This document shows positions 49,672 through 60,239 of a DNA stretch of 64,000 nucleotides, piece by piece (position 1 is the first letter of the stretch; each line of letters opens with the position of its first letter). This stretch comes from Candidatus Levyibacteriota bacterium (lineage in GTDB: Bacteria; Patescibacteriota; Microgenomatia; Levybacterales; UBA12049): positions 35,752 to 99,751 of the forward strand of contig DAIDHK010000002.1 of NCBI GenBank assembly GCA_027459725.1, given 5' to 3'. Below the pieces are notes generated by a model. It was given only the letters and a program-made list of their open reading frames with translations, searched no databases and was not told the origin of the DNA. Both the position numbers and the translations under genes were made by a program.

Positions 49672-51360
49672 TTAATTATCTCCTCCAGTAGGTGGAATAT
49701 TGTAATATGTAAGCATATCTTTAGTGATATTAAACCATGTAGGTGCTGCAGTTTCTGATCCCCATTCATACAAGGTCGGCTTATTTACAATTACCAGCAT
49801 AGCGAACTTTGGATCATCAGCAGGAGCGTAACCTATAAAGGAAGCAATAGTATTTGTCGGGTCATAATGGCCGTTTATAGGTATTTGAGCTGTTCCTGTT
49901 TTACCTGCGATTCTATATCCATGAATACGATAAAACTGTGCTTCTCCATGATCAACGGAATTTACCAGAATTTCATTCATCGTCTTTGCGGTTTGGACTG
50001 ATACGGTCCTTCTGACCTCCTTTGGCGCAATATTAACCACACTACCATCCGGATTTATAATCTGTTTTACAACCTCTGGCTGCATCATAACCCCATTATT
50101 AGCCAAACTTGAAAAGCCCGTTAATAATTCGATTGGAGTCATCGCAATCCCTTGCCCGAAACTTGCAGTTGCAACATCAATTGGATACCACTGATTTTCT
50201 GGTTTTATATCAGCAGACGCCTCTCCTTGTAAATCAATTCCAGTAATGTCTTTGATGCCAAATCTATTTAAAACATCTTCCATACCGGACAATCCCAGTT
50301 TTTCACTAACAAATGTCATTCCAGTATTATCAGAATTCTGAATTACATCAATCATATCAATACCTGGAATATATTTATCATTCCAGGTATGAATTTGATA
50401 TCCACCAATAGATACAGGTCCGCCGCAAATAGTACACTTGGTATATGGCGTAACTAGACCCTTATCTATTGCAGTCGCCATGACAAGCGGTTTGAAAGTT
50501 GATCCCGGCTCATATGTATCTGATATAAAACCATTTATATAATCCTGATCTGTATAATTTGCATAATGCGCGGGATCAAAACTAGGATATTGAGCCATAG
50601 CTAATATACCTCCAGTTTTTGGATCAATAGCTGCTGCCATAATACTCTTGCCCCCATATAAAGCTAAGCCTTTTCTCAGTTCTTTTTCCATTGTATATTG
50701 AAATGCTCTATCGATATTAAGGACTAACGTTCTACCTTCCTGATCAGGTGTATAATTTTGTAACTTTGAGAGAATAGGTCTGCCAAATGCATCATGAATT
50801 TCCATCTCATAAGTAGACTGTCCTGCTAAAAGTCTATTGTAGAAGCCTTCCAGGCCAAAGTATCCTTTATCGTTGCCGTTTGCATCTTTGCCCACAAACC
50901 CTAACAAATTTGCTGCCATCGAAGCTTCCGGATAATATCGGCCATATTTTTCTTCAAACCCAACTCCAGGTAAGTTAAGTTTACTAATCTTTTCTTCCAC
51001 GCTGTTATCTACACTGGGAGCAAGCGAAACCCAGAAACGGTCTAAGTTTAATAATGCGCTTATTGATGCCGGATCTTCGTTAAGAATTGGACTTAAAGCA
51101 TTTGCTACCAAGTTTGGATTACTTATCAGTTTTGGATTTGCGTAGACAGTATAATCAACCTTATCAGCAGCTATGGCATATCCATCCGAAGTTTCTATCT
51201 CACCTCTTTTTGGAGTTACCTTAACGTAGTTTCCATATTGCGCATTACCCATGTTTACTAGTTCATTGGCTCTCACTACTTGCCAATAAAACAATCGCAA
51301 CGCAACAAGCAGAAAAAGTACAGTAAAAGCTATTAAGGTCAAGCGATATCGGCGGCTCAT
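49672..51360 (-). CDS. ftsI: Class B penicillin-binding protein (FtsI/PBP3)
   Basis: YEPGSTFK (SxxK), SDN, KTGTAQ; N-terminal TM; in the mraZ-rsmH-ftsL operon. Confidence 0.92.
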   Translation of the reverse strand: MSRRYRLTLIAFTVLFLLVALRLFYWQVVRANELVNMGNAQYGNYVKVTPKRGEIETSDGYAIAADKVDYTVYANPKLISNPNLVANALSPILNEDPASISALLNLDRFWVSLAPSVDNSVEEKISKLNLPGVGFEEKYGRYYPEASMAANLLGFVGKDANGNDKGYFGLEGFYNRLLAGQSTYEMEIHDAFGRPILSKLQNYTPDQEGRTLVLNIDRAFQYTMEKELRKGLALYGGKSIMAAAIDPKTGGILAMAQYPSFDPAHYANYTDQDYINGFISDTYEPGSTFKPLVMATAIDKGLVTPYTKCTICGGPVSIGGYQIHTWNDKYIPGIDMIDVIQNSDNTGMTFVSEKLGLSGMEDVLNRFGIKDITGIDLQGEASADIKPENQWYPIDVATASFGQGIAMTPIELLTGFSSLANNGVMMQPEVVKQIINPDGSVVNIAPKEVRRTVSVQTAKTMNEILVNSVDHGEAQFYRIHGYRIAGKTGTAQIPINGHYDPTNTIASFIGYAPADDPKFAMLVIVNKPTLYEWGSETAAPTWFNITKDMLTYYNIPPTGGDN

Positions 51361-51665
51361 TGTTGATAGGCAAGCGGCATAGAATTTTGTGCAGAAAATG
51401 CTACAGTATTTTTGTCCGCTACAAATCCCATTTTAGCAGCCTCTGAAGCAATTTGCGTATACGAGGACATAGACAGTACTTTCTGCTCCATGTTGGTGTC
51501 TTGAAGCTGCAGTCTACTTAACTGTGTTTGCAATTTGTCCAGACTTATACCGCCTGTGGACATCATATTAGATACTGTCAAATTAACAATTAATAGTGAT
51601 ATAACTGTAAATATTAATAATGTTAATATAATAACGGGCAGTTTCATATATTTATTTTTTTTCAA
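51357..51665 (-). CDS. FtsL-like bitopic coiled-coil protein
   Basis: Position between rsmH and ftsI; TM plus leucine zipper, then A.KMGF. Confidence 0.65.
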   Translation of the reverse strand: MKKNKYMKLPVIILTLLIFTVISLLIVNLTVSNMMSTGGISLDKLQTQLSRLQLQDTNMEQKVLSMSSYTQIASEAAKMGFVADKNTVAFSAQNSMPLAYQQ

Positions 51666-52545
51666 AAGCTCTTAATTTCGCACTTCTACTTCTAACATTT
51701 GCTGAGATCTCAACTTCAGTCGCCAATACCGGTTGATGTGTAATAACAACACCAAGACTTTTTCGTTCAAAGTCCGAAAACAAATGTTTTACTATCCTAT
51801 CTTCCAATGAATGAAAAGATATAACGACTAATCTTCCCTTACTTTGCAATAAACTACATGCTGCAGGCAATGCTTCTTCAAGGGAGTGAAGCTCATCATT
51901 TACAATTATTCTCAATGACTGAAATATCCTTGCTGCAGCAGCCGTTCGATTTAACTTCGCTGGCATTACACTCTCAATAATCTCTATCAGTTGCTTAGTC
52001 GTCTTTATTGTATTATCCTTTCTTACCTTAACAATTTCTGTTGCAATACCATGAGCAAACCTTTCCTCACCAAATCTACTAAATATCTCTATCAATTCGT
52101 TTCTATGCAAACCATTCACCAAATCCTTGGCGGTTACCGATAAATTACTGTCCATACGCATATCTAAGGGTCCTTCTTTGCTAAAACTGAATCCTCGATT
52201 AGGGTCATCAATCTGATGACTTGAAACACCAAGATCAAAAATAATTCCTGCAACGTTTTTAAAACCATATTCTTCAGCAATTGTTGCAATATTCCTAAAA
52301 TTACCCTTAGCTAGAACAATTTCTTTCCCAATCTTAAAATTTGAATTTTGAATTTCAAAAGTTTTTTTAGCCTCATCCAATGCTTCCTGGTCTACATCAA
52401 TTCCTAAAACTCTTCCACCCTTATTTAATATTTTTAAACTATGTCCTCCACCGCCCAATGTTGCATCAATGTACATTCCTGCAGCTTTTACATTTAAAAA
52501 TCCAATCGATTCTTCTGGCAAAACGCTGATATGGTACTTATTCAT
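51652..52545 (-). CDS. rsmH: 16S rRNA m4C1402 methyltransferase
   Basis: HISVL, DATLGGGGHS, DLGVSS, PLDMRM, SFHSLEDR, RSRSAKLR. Confidence 0.97.
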   Translation of the reverse strand: MNKYHISVLPEESIGFLNVKAAGMYIDATLGGGGHSLKILNKGGRVLGIDVDQEALDEAKKTFEIQNSNFKIGKEIVLAKGNFRNIATIAEEYGFKNVAGIIFDLGVSSHQIDDPNRGFSFSKEGPLDMRMDSNLSVTAKDLVNGLHRNELIEIFSRFGEERFAHGIATEIVKVRKDNTIKTTKQLIEIIESVMPAKLNRTAAAARIFQSLRIIVNDELHSLEEALPAACSLLQSKGRLVVISFHSLEDRIVKHLFSDFERKSLGVVITHQPVLATEVEISANVRSRSAKLRAFEKK

Positions 52546-52975
52546 GTTTTTCTTCTCTGGACAGGCGTTCTGCGATATTTATTGCATTCTCACTCAAACG
52601 ATTCTGCTGGTCCTCCCAACCTTTTTTGTTCCAAATTTCCACAAAGCGTGAGATACCGGCAAAAATAATTTCATCTGATATCTGGGCGTATTCACGTAGA
52701 TATGCAGGCAGCACACATCTACCTTTATTATCCAGTTCCACAAATGTTGCGTTTCCAAGTAAAAATCTTTGTATCTCTCTTGCCGATTTCTCTGTAAAAG
52801 GTCTCCCCTCAGTCCCTTCTAGCAGCGTCTTCCACATGCCTTCAGAAACCACGATAAGACAATGTTCAAATCCTTTAGTAAGAATTATTCTCTCACCAAG
52901 TATCTGTCTAAATTTGCTGGGCAGGCTAATCTGTTGTTTGTTAGTTATAGTTCCCTCGTACTGTCCCAGTAGCAT
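52538..52975 (-). CDS. mraZ: Transcriptional regulator MraZ
   Basis: LPSKFR, LDNKGRCVLP..LREYA, EIW; first gene of the dcw operon. Confidence 0.95.
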   Translation of the reverse strand: MLLGQYEGTITNKQQISLPSKFRQILGERIILTKGFEHCLIVVSEGMWKTLLEGTEGRPFTEKSAREIQRFLLGNATFVELDNKGRCVLPAYLREYAQISDEIIFAGISRFVEIWNKKGWEDQQNRLSENAINIAERLSREEKHE

Positions 52976-52980
52976 ATCTT

Positions 52981-53025
52981 TATCCTACTTTTTCCTACTT
53001 TGTACTATTTATTTTGCTCCTATTA
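52981..53025 (-). promoter_or_regulatory. MraZ-binding direct repeats (dcw box)
   Basis: Minus strand AAATAGTACA-AAGTAGGAAA-AAGTAGGATA, a 10-nt period directly upstream of the mraZ ATG. Confidence 0.65.
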
Positions 53026-53106
53026 TTAGTAAAAGTCAATACAAAAATCTACGAAAACAAGCAAGAAGATTAAAGAAAATTAAACAATTATCAGAAGATG
53101 AAGAAT

Positions 53107-53649
53107 TTAACCTTGAGGTATATTAATTGAGTCGTCAACTTTATAAATAGATCCATCTAACTTAGTTATTTTCATCTCCAGCTGTACTGAAGTAACTCCT
53201 GTATCATAACGACAAACTCCACTAGAACAAGTACCTAATTCCCTAAATTGAGATGAATATGAAGTCTTACCATTAAGTATTACAGGATTATCGCTACCAA
53301 ATTCCTGAGTGACCTTCTGACCTTGGTTATATTGATTTTGATCACTTAGTGGAATATCAGCCTGATAAGTGAAGTTCCATTCCAAAGACTTAATTCCCTC
53401 TAGCTTATTTGCAACAAACTTGATTGCCTTATTGTCATTTCTTAAAACCAATTGTAGACCAATATCAGATGGAGACAGCGTACCAATGATTTGCATCTGA
53501 TCTCCACTTTGAGACCCAGATTGTGTCTGACCTGCTTGATTGCTTAAACCCTTAGAACCTAAGAAAAACCAAGCACCACCGCTAACGATAAGGATAGCAA
53601 GAATTGCTATTACACCAAATAGGACTTTACGATTTTGCAAATATTTCAT
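53107..53649 (-). CDS. Membrane-anchored hypothetical protein
   Basis: N-terminal TM; C-terminal LGTCSSGVCRYD Cys pair. Confidence 0.75.
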   Translation of the reverse strand: MKYLQNRKVLFGVIAILAILIVSGGAWFFLGSKGLSNQAGQTQSGSQSGDQMQIIGTLSPSDIGLQLVLRNDNKAIKFVANKLEGIKSLEWNFTYQADIPLSDQNQYNQGQKVTQEFGSDNPVILNGKTSYSSQFRELGTCSSGVCRYDTGVTSVQLEMKITKLDGSIYKVDDSINIPQG

Positions 53650-53685
53650 AGATCTAGATTAATTTTACCAGCCGTACCGCTTTTG

Positions 53686-54402
53686 TCAACTAATTGAAGT
53701 AGTTACGGAGATATTAGACAAATGTATTTTATTTGAGAAAAAAACTTCAATGGCGTCTGCGTAAAAAGAACTCTCATTTAAAGGTGATATTCTGAAGGGT
53801 AAATTTCTTGACCATGCTTCTACCGCTTTATAAGCAACCACAGGAGTCTTACCCTTCGTAGTAAATCTTATACGAGGATCTGCCGGACGAGGGAGGTCAA
53901 TAACAATTTCTGCACTTCTCGTTTCAATTGCTTTACCTGGAGAAATATATCTATCTAAGTAAATTGACATATCTCCTTCCTTTGAAAATCTTTTTAATGT
54001 ATTTACTGCATTTCTCAAAGATACTGTTGAGTATTCATTATAGAAGGCAAACATAATTTTTTGGTACTTAATCATTAAATTAATAAGAGATTGATTTTTA
54101 ACCTTGGTAAACTCTGGTTCTTCAGCCCATTTTCCGCTTATATAATATGCATAAAATTTCTCAAGCTCTTCAGCTGCAGGAATTGGTATATGTAAACTTG
54201 GAGATGATATTGAAGATGTATCAATATAACCATGAAATTTTTTCCCTTTAAAGACACCTGAACTAGAGTCTCCAACAAAGGATGCACGATATCCTATCGT
54301 TTCACTTGCACCTCCACCGTTTGAGGAAAACGCAACCTGACTCCAATCTTTTGCAGTAGTATCTCTATATTTATTCTTAAATCTATATTTTTCTAAACTC
54401 AC
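53686..54402 (-). CDS. Hypothetical protein
   Basis: 238-aa ORF; TATAAT 9 nt before the GTG start. Confidence 0.6.
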   Translation of the reverse strand: MSLEKYRFKNKYRDTTAKDWSQVAFSSNGGGASETIGYRASFVGDSSSGVFKGKKFHGYIDTSSISSPSLHIPIPAAEELEKFYAYYISGKWAEEPEFTKVKNQSLINLMIKYQKIMFAFYNEYSTVSLRNAVNTLKRFSKEGDMSIYLDRYISPGKAIETRSAEIVIDLPRPADPRIRFTTKGKTPVVAYKAVEAWSRNLPFRISPLNESSFYADAIEVFFSNKIHLSNISVTTSIS

Positions 54403-54449
54403 TATGTGGGAATTATAGTAAATTTTACAAAATAAGGCAAAATTTTGAA

Positions 54450-55832
54450 CTAAATTGTAATCAGCAGTCGATTAAAATGTGAAGTTAGGTCTTCAATCTT
54501 TATTCTGTCTTGTTGTGTAGTGTCACGATTACGAACAGTAACCATTCCGTCCTCTAAGCTTTGAAAATCCACCGTAATACACCATGGAGTTCCAATTTCA
54601 TCCTGCGCCAGGTATCTTTTTCCAATATTCCCTCGATCATCCCAGATTATTTTTCCATTTATGTTATTTTGCAAATCATTATATACTTCCCGCGCTGTTT
54701 CTATTAACTCCGGTTTATTATGCAATAATGGAAATACTGCAACTTTTACAGGGGCCAAAGAAGGAGCTATTTTCAAGAAAACCCGCTTATCATCCTCTGT
54801 ATATGCATTAGATAAAATCATAAGTATACTTCTAGTAATACCTAACGCTGGTTCAATTACATGAGGTAAGAATTTTTTACCTGTTTGTGGATCTATATAA
54901 CTTAAATCCTTTCTTGAGTATTCCTGTTGTTGATGCAAATCATAATCGGTTCTATAAGCAAGTCCCCATAATTCCTTAAAACCAAAAGGAAAATTGTATT
55001 CTAAATCTACTGTTTTTTTACTATAAAATGATCTTTCCTTCTCCGTATGCTCACGCCAGCGCAAATCATTTTCGCTAATCTTTAATTTATTAACTACAAA
55101 TTCCCACATCTCCTCTTGCCAATCTGCAAATAACTTCTCCCATTTTGTAGACTCAGGATCAAAGAAATATTCTATCTCTCCTTGTACAAACTCTAATGTA
55201 CGAAAGACTGAATTTCCCGGAGTAATTTCATTCCTAAAACTTTTTCCTAACTGAGCTACTCCAAATGGCAACCTAATCCTAGTAGAATCAATAATATTTT
55301 TAAAGTTTACAAACATTCCCTGTGCAGTTTCCCCACGTAAGTATGCCTTCGCATCATCACCTTGGACTAAACCTAATTCAACTCCAAAAAGCTGGTTAAA
55401 TTTACGTATTGGTGTCCAGTCAAATTCTCCGCATACAGGACAAACAACTTTATTTTCATTCAGCAAACTTTCTAATTCAACTAGCGGCATCCCCTCAACA
55501 TTCTTATTCAACGAATCTTCTAATAAATGATCTGCTCGCATTCGATGTCGGCAATTTCTACAATCAATCATCGCGTCTGCAAACGTAGCTACATGTCCAG
55601 ATGCTTCCCATATTTTATGATGAGAAATAATGCTTGCATCCAAACCTACCATATCTTCTCTTTTTTCTACAAAATTTACCCACCATAAATTTTGAAGATT
55701 GCGCAATAATTCAACCCCCATTGGTCCATAATCGTAGGTGTTCGCTACACCTCCGTATATCTCAGATCCTGGGTAAATAAATCCTCGTCTTTTGCAAAGT
55801 GCAATTAATTTTTCCATGATGTTATTTGCCAT
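54450..55832 (-). CDS. glyQS: Glycine--tRNA ligase, alpha2 (archaeal/eukaryote-like) type
   Basis: KRRGF, YDYGP, WEASGHV, YLRGETAQG, GKSFRNEI, PHVIEP, DEIGTP. Confidence 0.96.
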   Translation of the reverse strand: MANNIMEKLIALCKRRGFIYPGSEIYGGVANTYDYGPMGVELLRNLQNLWWVNFVEKREDMVGLDASIISHHKIWEASGHVATFADAMIDCRNCRHRMRADHLLEDSLNKNVEGMPLVELESLLNENKVVCPVCGEFDWTPIRKFNQLFGVELGLVQGDDAKAYLRGETAQGMFVNFKNIIDSTRIRLPFGVAQLGKSFRNEITPGNSVFRTLEFVQGEIEYFFDPESTKWEKLFADWQEEMWEFVVNKLKISENDLRWREHTEKERSFYSKKTVDLEYNFPFGFKELWGLAYRTDYDLHQQQEYSRKDLSYIDPQTGKKFLPHVIEPALGITRSILMILSNAYTEDDKRVFLKIAPSLAPVKVAVFPLLHNKPELIETAREVYNDLQNNINGKIIWDDRGNIGKRYLAQDEIGTPWCITVDFQSLEDGMVTVRNRDTTQQDRIKIEDLTSHFNRLLITI

Positions 55833-55878
55833 ATACGTATCATAGCAAAAAAATTAGCTTTAATAAAATGGAATATAA

Positions 55879-56421
55879 TTATTTATGAAGAAAGATCTCT
55901 TTAGCTTTAAGTTTTTTTTCCATCAAGCTTTCAATATAATATTGTACATTGAAATATTCGCTCATCCACATCCTTTGGTTAGCAAAACCCAATAATTCTA
56001 ATAGACTTAATTCGAAGTTTCTCATTAATTCGTGTGGCTCACAATTTAGACAAAGCCTATCTAATGTTTCGATTAATAGATTAAATACATTTTCATTCTC
56101 TTCATTTTCCGGACAAAGTCCGTCAATTATTTCGCAGATATGATAACCAAACCCAATCTTTAATAAATCACTTTTTATGAACTTATAATCAGAAATCATT
56201 TCTGCTTCAGACAATAGAGGAATATTACCATTATTATATAAAGTTAATTTTGTACGATTTAACAACTCCACATGTGGTGAGCGTCTACTTGAAATTTTAC
56301 GAATTCCAGGAGCCTTTACAATAATTTTGCCATTAGATCTGGTAAAAATCGTTAAAATTTTATCCGCCTCACTATAATTTTTCCTTTTTATAACAATACC
56401 CTCAGTTTTAATGACTCGCAT
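55879..56421 (-). CDS. recO: DNA repair protein RecO (short form lacking the C-terminal zinc region)
   Basis: EGIVIK..YSEADKILTIFT..GK...A.GIRK..SR; LLELLGF. Confidence 0.9.
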   Translation of the reverse strand: MRVIKTEGIVIKRKNYSEADKILTIFTRSNGKIIVKAPGIRKISSRRSPHVELLNRTKLTLYNNGNIPLLSEAEMISDYKFIKSDLLKIGFGYHICEIIDGLCPENEENENVFNLLIETLDRLCLNCEPHELMRNFELSLLELLGFANQRMWMSEYFNVQYYIESLMEKKLKAKEIFLHK

Positions 56422-56451
56422 AATCTATAACAAATACTATTCTCTATGAGA

Positions 56452-58410
56452 TTACTTCAATTGTAAAGTTCTATCAGTCAATAAGGGGAACTGATCTAAT
56501 TGTCTGCCGTTATAAACTATAGTGTATTCGTTATCATTTGTACCTGCCTGTTTCTGAATCATTAAAGGCAAAGAAGATCCATTTTGTAATTTGAAAGGTA
56601 ACTTATAGGTCACCGTTAATGTGGCCTTCCCTAAAGGTCTAATTACGGTATATCCTTCAAATACTGTCTTTCCAAGTTGGTTGTATGTTTTCATTGTAAC
56701 TTGTGAGCCAGTATTAGATACCAACTGACTACCTTGAGGAACATAAATTCTGATCCAATCTCTTAAATCAGCATTTAAACATAGCCCACCACTGGCCAAA
56801 CTACAATTAGAAGGTGCATGATCGTTAGTGTAATTAATAGTAACTGTTTTAGTAATAGTTCTATCAGATCCAACAGTATAATCACTTTCTACCGCTTCAT
56901 TAGTAAACAAATTAGCCTTATCTCCCCCGAAGTTAGCATCATTAATAGCCAGATAGTCTCCACTAAAGGGTAATATTTGTCCAGCCGCATTCAATGACTC
57001 CAAACCCTTCTGCGCCTGCGGATCATTTAGGTCAAATAAAATATGTTTTTGTGCTGTTAAAGTTATCATGGACTGAAAAAGAGGCCCCCAGTACTTTTTT
57101 GGTGATGACTGCAAAGCTTTCTGCATAATAGACACTAGTAATGCGCCTAACAGACTTTTCCTGTCAGTTCTCAAATAGTTAACTGGCCTAGATATATCAT
57201 TCTCAAGTTGATATATAACCTGGGGACAATCGCATCTTGGGTCATTGTTTGTTGTAAATTCAGTACCATTCGCATATACAGAGTTATCTAAAATCTTAAT
57301 GGTTGAAGTTAACACATACGTGTCAATAGCAATATATCCATCTACAGGCTCATAATTAGGAGATTTAGCATACATCTGTTTGAACAGTCTCATATTCGTC
57401 AAGAAATCAGGAGATAAATTAGAGTCACGCAAATTATAGACAGGATCGGTCAAATGTAGATATTCCACCAGTGGAGCAGGAGCGGGAGGCTTATTTGGAA
57501 TTGAATCATCAAGCGGATATATATCTGCTGAGGTTTCAGGAGTAATTACACCCTTATCGACGGAGAATATGGAATAGCCAGTTATAAAACCACCACCAGG
57601 ACGAAGTTCTTTATCATTCTGGAAAATAATAAAATATTTCTGAGGACTATTCTCGCCCATTAATGCAGGAAGCTCGGTAATAAAAGGTCTAGCCTGATTT
57701 ACTGCAACTACACCCTCATCTACATAAGTCTGAATTTGAGTTATATCGGAACCAATTGTCTTCCCAAATAACCAGGAAGGATAATGATTAGGATCAATAC
57801 CATCCACCTCGGTTTTTACCTGTTCTAAGCTGGATGCAATATTACCAATGTCAGGAGTAATTTTACCAAGTGTCAAAACTGCTGTTGATATACGTGAAGC
57901 GGCTGAACCACCCACGAAACTTCCTTTACCTTTTAAACCTAATAGATCTGCATAAGGTTTTAAATCGTTGATTACGACTTGTGCGGTATTTAAACTGGCA
58001 CTTCCAGCCTTCATGGCATGCTGGGCGTCGGAATAGTACATGTTTGCAATTGGAACAAATTGCAAATATCCCATCGCATCCAGTTTTTTTGCAGTATCTG
58101 CCATTGCAAGTTTACTCTGCTGCAATTGAGTATCCGCAACGTCTATATTTTGTGATTTAATTGCCGCATAAAAAGCGGTTAAGGAAGCTTTCGTGACCTT
58201 TGCAGAAGCAACTAGATTTTTAACAGGAATACCCACAGCGAAAATGAGTATAATTATAACCACCGCTAATATTGTTACAACAATACCAACATTTTTTTTC
58301 CAATTCTTATTTTTTCTTTTACTTCTCATAAGTTGATTAGAAATAGGTTCTAAACCATGTTTCTCTAAAACTTGTTTATCAGCAAAATCAATTTTTTTAA
58401 ATCCGTCCAT
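56452..58410 (-). CDS. DUF4012-domain membrane-anchored extracellular protein
   Basis: FQNDKELRPGGGFI, RDSNLSPDF, DGYIAID, NFGGDKAN, RIYVPQGS, QKQAG. Confidence 0.85.
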   Translation of the reverse strand: MDGFKKIDFADKQVLEKHGLEPISNQLMRSKRKNKNWKKNVGIVVTILAVVIIILIFAVGIPVKNLVASAKVTKASLTAFYAAIKSQNIDVADTQLQQSKLAMADTAKKLDAMGYLQFVPIANMYYSDAQHAMKAGSASLNTAQVVINDLKPYADLLGLKGKGSFVGGSAASRISTAVLTLGKITPDIGNIASSLEQVKTEVDGIDPNHYPSWLFGKTIGSDITQIQTYVDEGVVAVNQARPFITELPALMGENSPQKYFIIFQNDKELRPGGGFITGYSIFSVDKGVITPETSADIYPLDDSIPNKPPAPAPLVEYLHLTDPVYNLRDSNLSPDFLTNMRLFKQMYAKSPNYEPVDGYIAIDTYVLTSTIKILDNSVYANGTEFTTNNDPRCDCPQVIYQLENDISRPVNYLRTDRKSLLGALLVSIMQKALQSSPKKYWGPLFQSMITLTAQKHILFDLNDPQAQKGLESLNAAGQILPFSGDYLAINDANFGGDKANLFTNEAVESDYTVGSDRTITKTVTINYTNDHAPSNCSLASGGLCLNADLRDWIRIYVPQGSQLVSNTGSQVTMKTYNQLGKTVFEGYTVIRPLGKATLTVTYKLPFKLQNGSSLPLMIQKQAGTNDNEYTIVYNGRQLDQFPLLTDRTLQLK

Positions 58411-58485
58411 TACAGTAATAATATTACTTAACACTAACATTACTTGTCAACTTGACAAGTCACAAAAACATATAATTACAGCATT

Positions 58486-59157
58486 CTACAGAGCATTTTT
58501 ACCCGAAATCATAGCCCAGGGAGTTTTAAGTATAATCCAAAAATCATAAATAATCGACTTACGACGAGCATATTCTGCATCCATACTTATACGTTTATCA
58601 AAATTTAACATACTTCTACCCGAAACCTGCCAATAACCAGTAACTCCCGGTTTTACGGATAACACTTCGTTCACTAGTTGTTTAGTCTCAGGATAGCGCT
58701 TTTGTTGCTTTTCTAATTCTTCTGGATAATAAGGTCGCGGACCTACAAGGCTCATATCACCCTTTAGAACATTTACTAATTGTGGAACCTCATCAAGAGA
58801 ATATTTACGAATAAATTTCCCTATTTTTGTAATTCTAGGATCGTCTTTTATCTTGTAATTTCCTCCTTTTTGCTGTTCTTCATAAGCTTTACTAAATTTA
58901 GGATCAGTTCTCAACAAATAATACGCATTAGTGATCATAGAACGAAATTTATAAGGATAGAAACGCTCTCCATTTCTCCCTACTCTTTTGGGGGTATCAG
59001 CAAAAATTGGGCCTTCTGAATCCAGACTAATCAATAATGCCACTATAAGTATTACCGGAGAAAAAATGATTAATAGAATAAATGCCAGGACTATATCCAT
59101 TAATCTTTTAATAAAATTATAAAACTTATGCTGTTTAAACTCATCTGTAGACGTCAT
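58486..59157 (-). CDS. Polyprenyl glycosylphosphotransferase (bacterial sugar transferase, WcaJ/WbaP C-terminal type)
   Basis: [50 protein letters not shown]. Confidence 0.93.
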   Translation of the reverse strand: MTSTDEFKQHKFYNFIKRLMDIVLAFILLIIFSPVILIVALLISLDSEGPIFADTPKRVGRNGERFYPYKFRSMITNAYYLLRTDPKFSKAYEEQQKGGNYKIKDDPRITKIGKFIRKYSLDEVPQLVNVLKGDMSLVGPRPYYPEELEKQQKRYPETKQLVNEVLSVKPGVTGYWQVSGRSMLNFDKRISMDAEYARRKSIIYDFWIILKTPWAMISGKNAL

Positions 59158-60239
59158 GTAAGATGCTCATGCTCCGTTCCTTTTAAACTAGCTACAAATT
59201 TTTTTATTTTCGGCACTGACTCTTTCGGACAAATTAAAATAACGTCTTCAGTACTAACTGCCACAAGACCTTCTAAGTCTATACCCACTATTAACTGCTC
59301 TGTCTCATTGTGAACAATCGAATCTTTGCAGTCTTCAAGAATAACTTTCCCTTTCGTAACATTAGCATCAACCGTATCGCTTAATGCTTCTTTCATAGCC
59401 TCCCAAGCTCCAATATCACTCCATCCAATATCCTCAGAAATAACACAGCCATAACTTGTGTCCATTTTTTCCAAAATAGCATTATCAAACGATATTTTCT
59501 CAATTGTTGAATAGACATTCTTAAGAACTTTTTCATAATCTTGTGTCCCATAAGCATTACTAATTAGTTTTAACTTATTAAATATTTCTGGCGAAAGAGT
59601 CTCAAACAATTGCCATAGAAACCTGGGGGTTGTGGCAAAATAACCTAGATTCCAGGCATGTTTACCATCTGTTGCGTATTTTTTTGCTACTTCCAGAGGC
59701 GGGCTGTACTGAAATCCAGTAAATTTATAAATGTTAACATCTTCATTTTTGCTTACTTGCTCTCCAAATTCAATATATCCAACATTTTGATTTCCGTAAC
59801 GTGGTTTTTGCCCGATAAAAACAATACGATGTGGATCTTCTTCTATTAATTTTCCTGCAACTCTTAAGATTTTTCTGAATTTAGCTTCTTCTTTAACCAA
59901 ATGATCGCTTCCCCACAACAAAACAATTGGCTCATCAGGATTTGTCTTAACTAATCTTGAAATTACAAGCCCTACTGCAGGACCTACATCTCTCATTTCT
60001 GGTTCAACAATAATGTTTTCTTTAGCAAGCTTGGGTAATTGTTCGTGGATAATATCCTGATAACGCTCTCCTGTAGAAATATAGATATCTCTCCATTCAA
60101 AACTAGGAAAGAGTTTATGAACTGCGATCTGCAACATAGAACGATCCTGTATAATTTTACCAAATTGTTTAGGAGTATTTTTACGAGATAAAGGCCACAA
60201 TCTTGAACCTACTCCACCAGCAAAAACAATAATTTTCAT
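59154..60239 (-). CDS. Mannose-1-phosphate guanylyltransferase (ManC GMP domain)
   Basis: AGGVGSRLWPLSR..PKQF, EPE.RD.GPA, SDH, ISFDNAILEK, GWSDIGAW. Confidence 0.88.
   Translation of the reverse strand: MKIIVFAGGVGSRLWPLSRKNTPKQFGKIIQDRSMLQIAVHKLFPSFEWRDIYISTGERYQDIIHEQLPKLAKENIIVEPEMRDVGPAVGLVISRLVKTNPDEPIVLLWGSDHLVKEEAKFRKILRVAGKLIEEDPHRIVFIGQKPRYGNQNVGYIEFGEQVSKNEDVNIYKFTGFQYSPPLEVAKKYATDGKHAWNLGYFATTPRFLWQLFETLSPEIFNKLKLISNAYGTQDYEKVLKNVYSTIEKISFDNAILEKMDTSYGCVISEDIGWSDIGAWEAMKEALSDTVDANVTKGKVILEDCKDSIVHNETEQLIVGIDLEGLVAVSTEDVILICPKESVPKIKKFVASLKGTEHEHLT

Noticed and set aside
32512-52975. Absence of murD, murF, murB and ddl from the dcw cluster
   Set aside because: These genes are often located elsewhere; absence from one window says nothing about the genome
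52626-53126. 166-aa plus-strand ORF
   Set aside because: It is antisense to mraZ and its promoter; a shadow ORF
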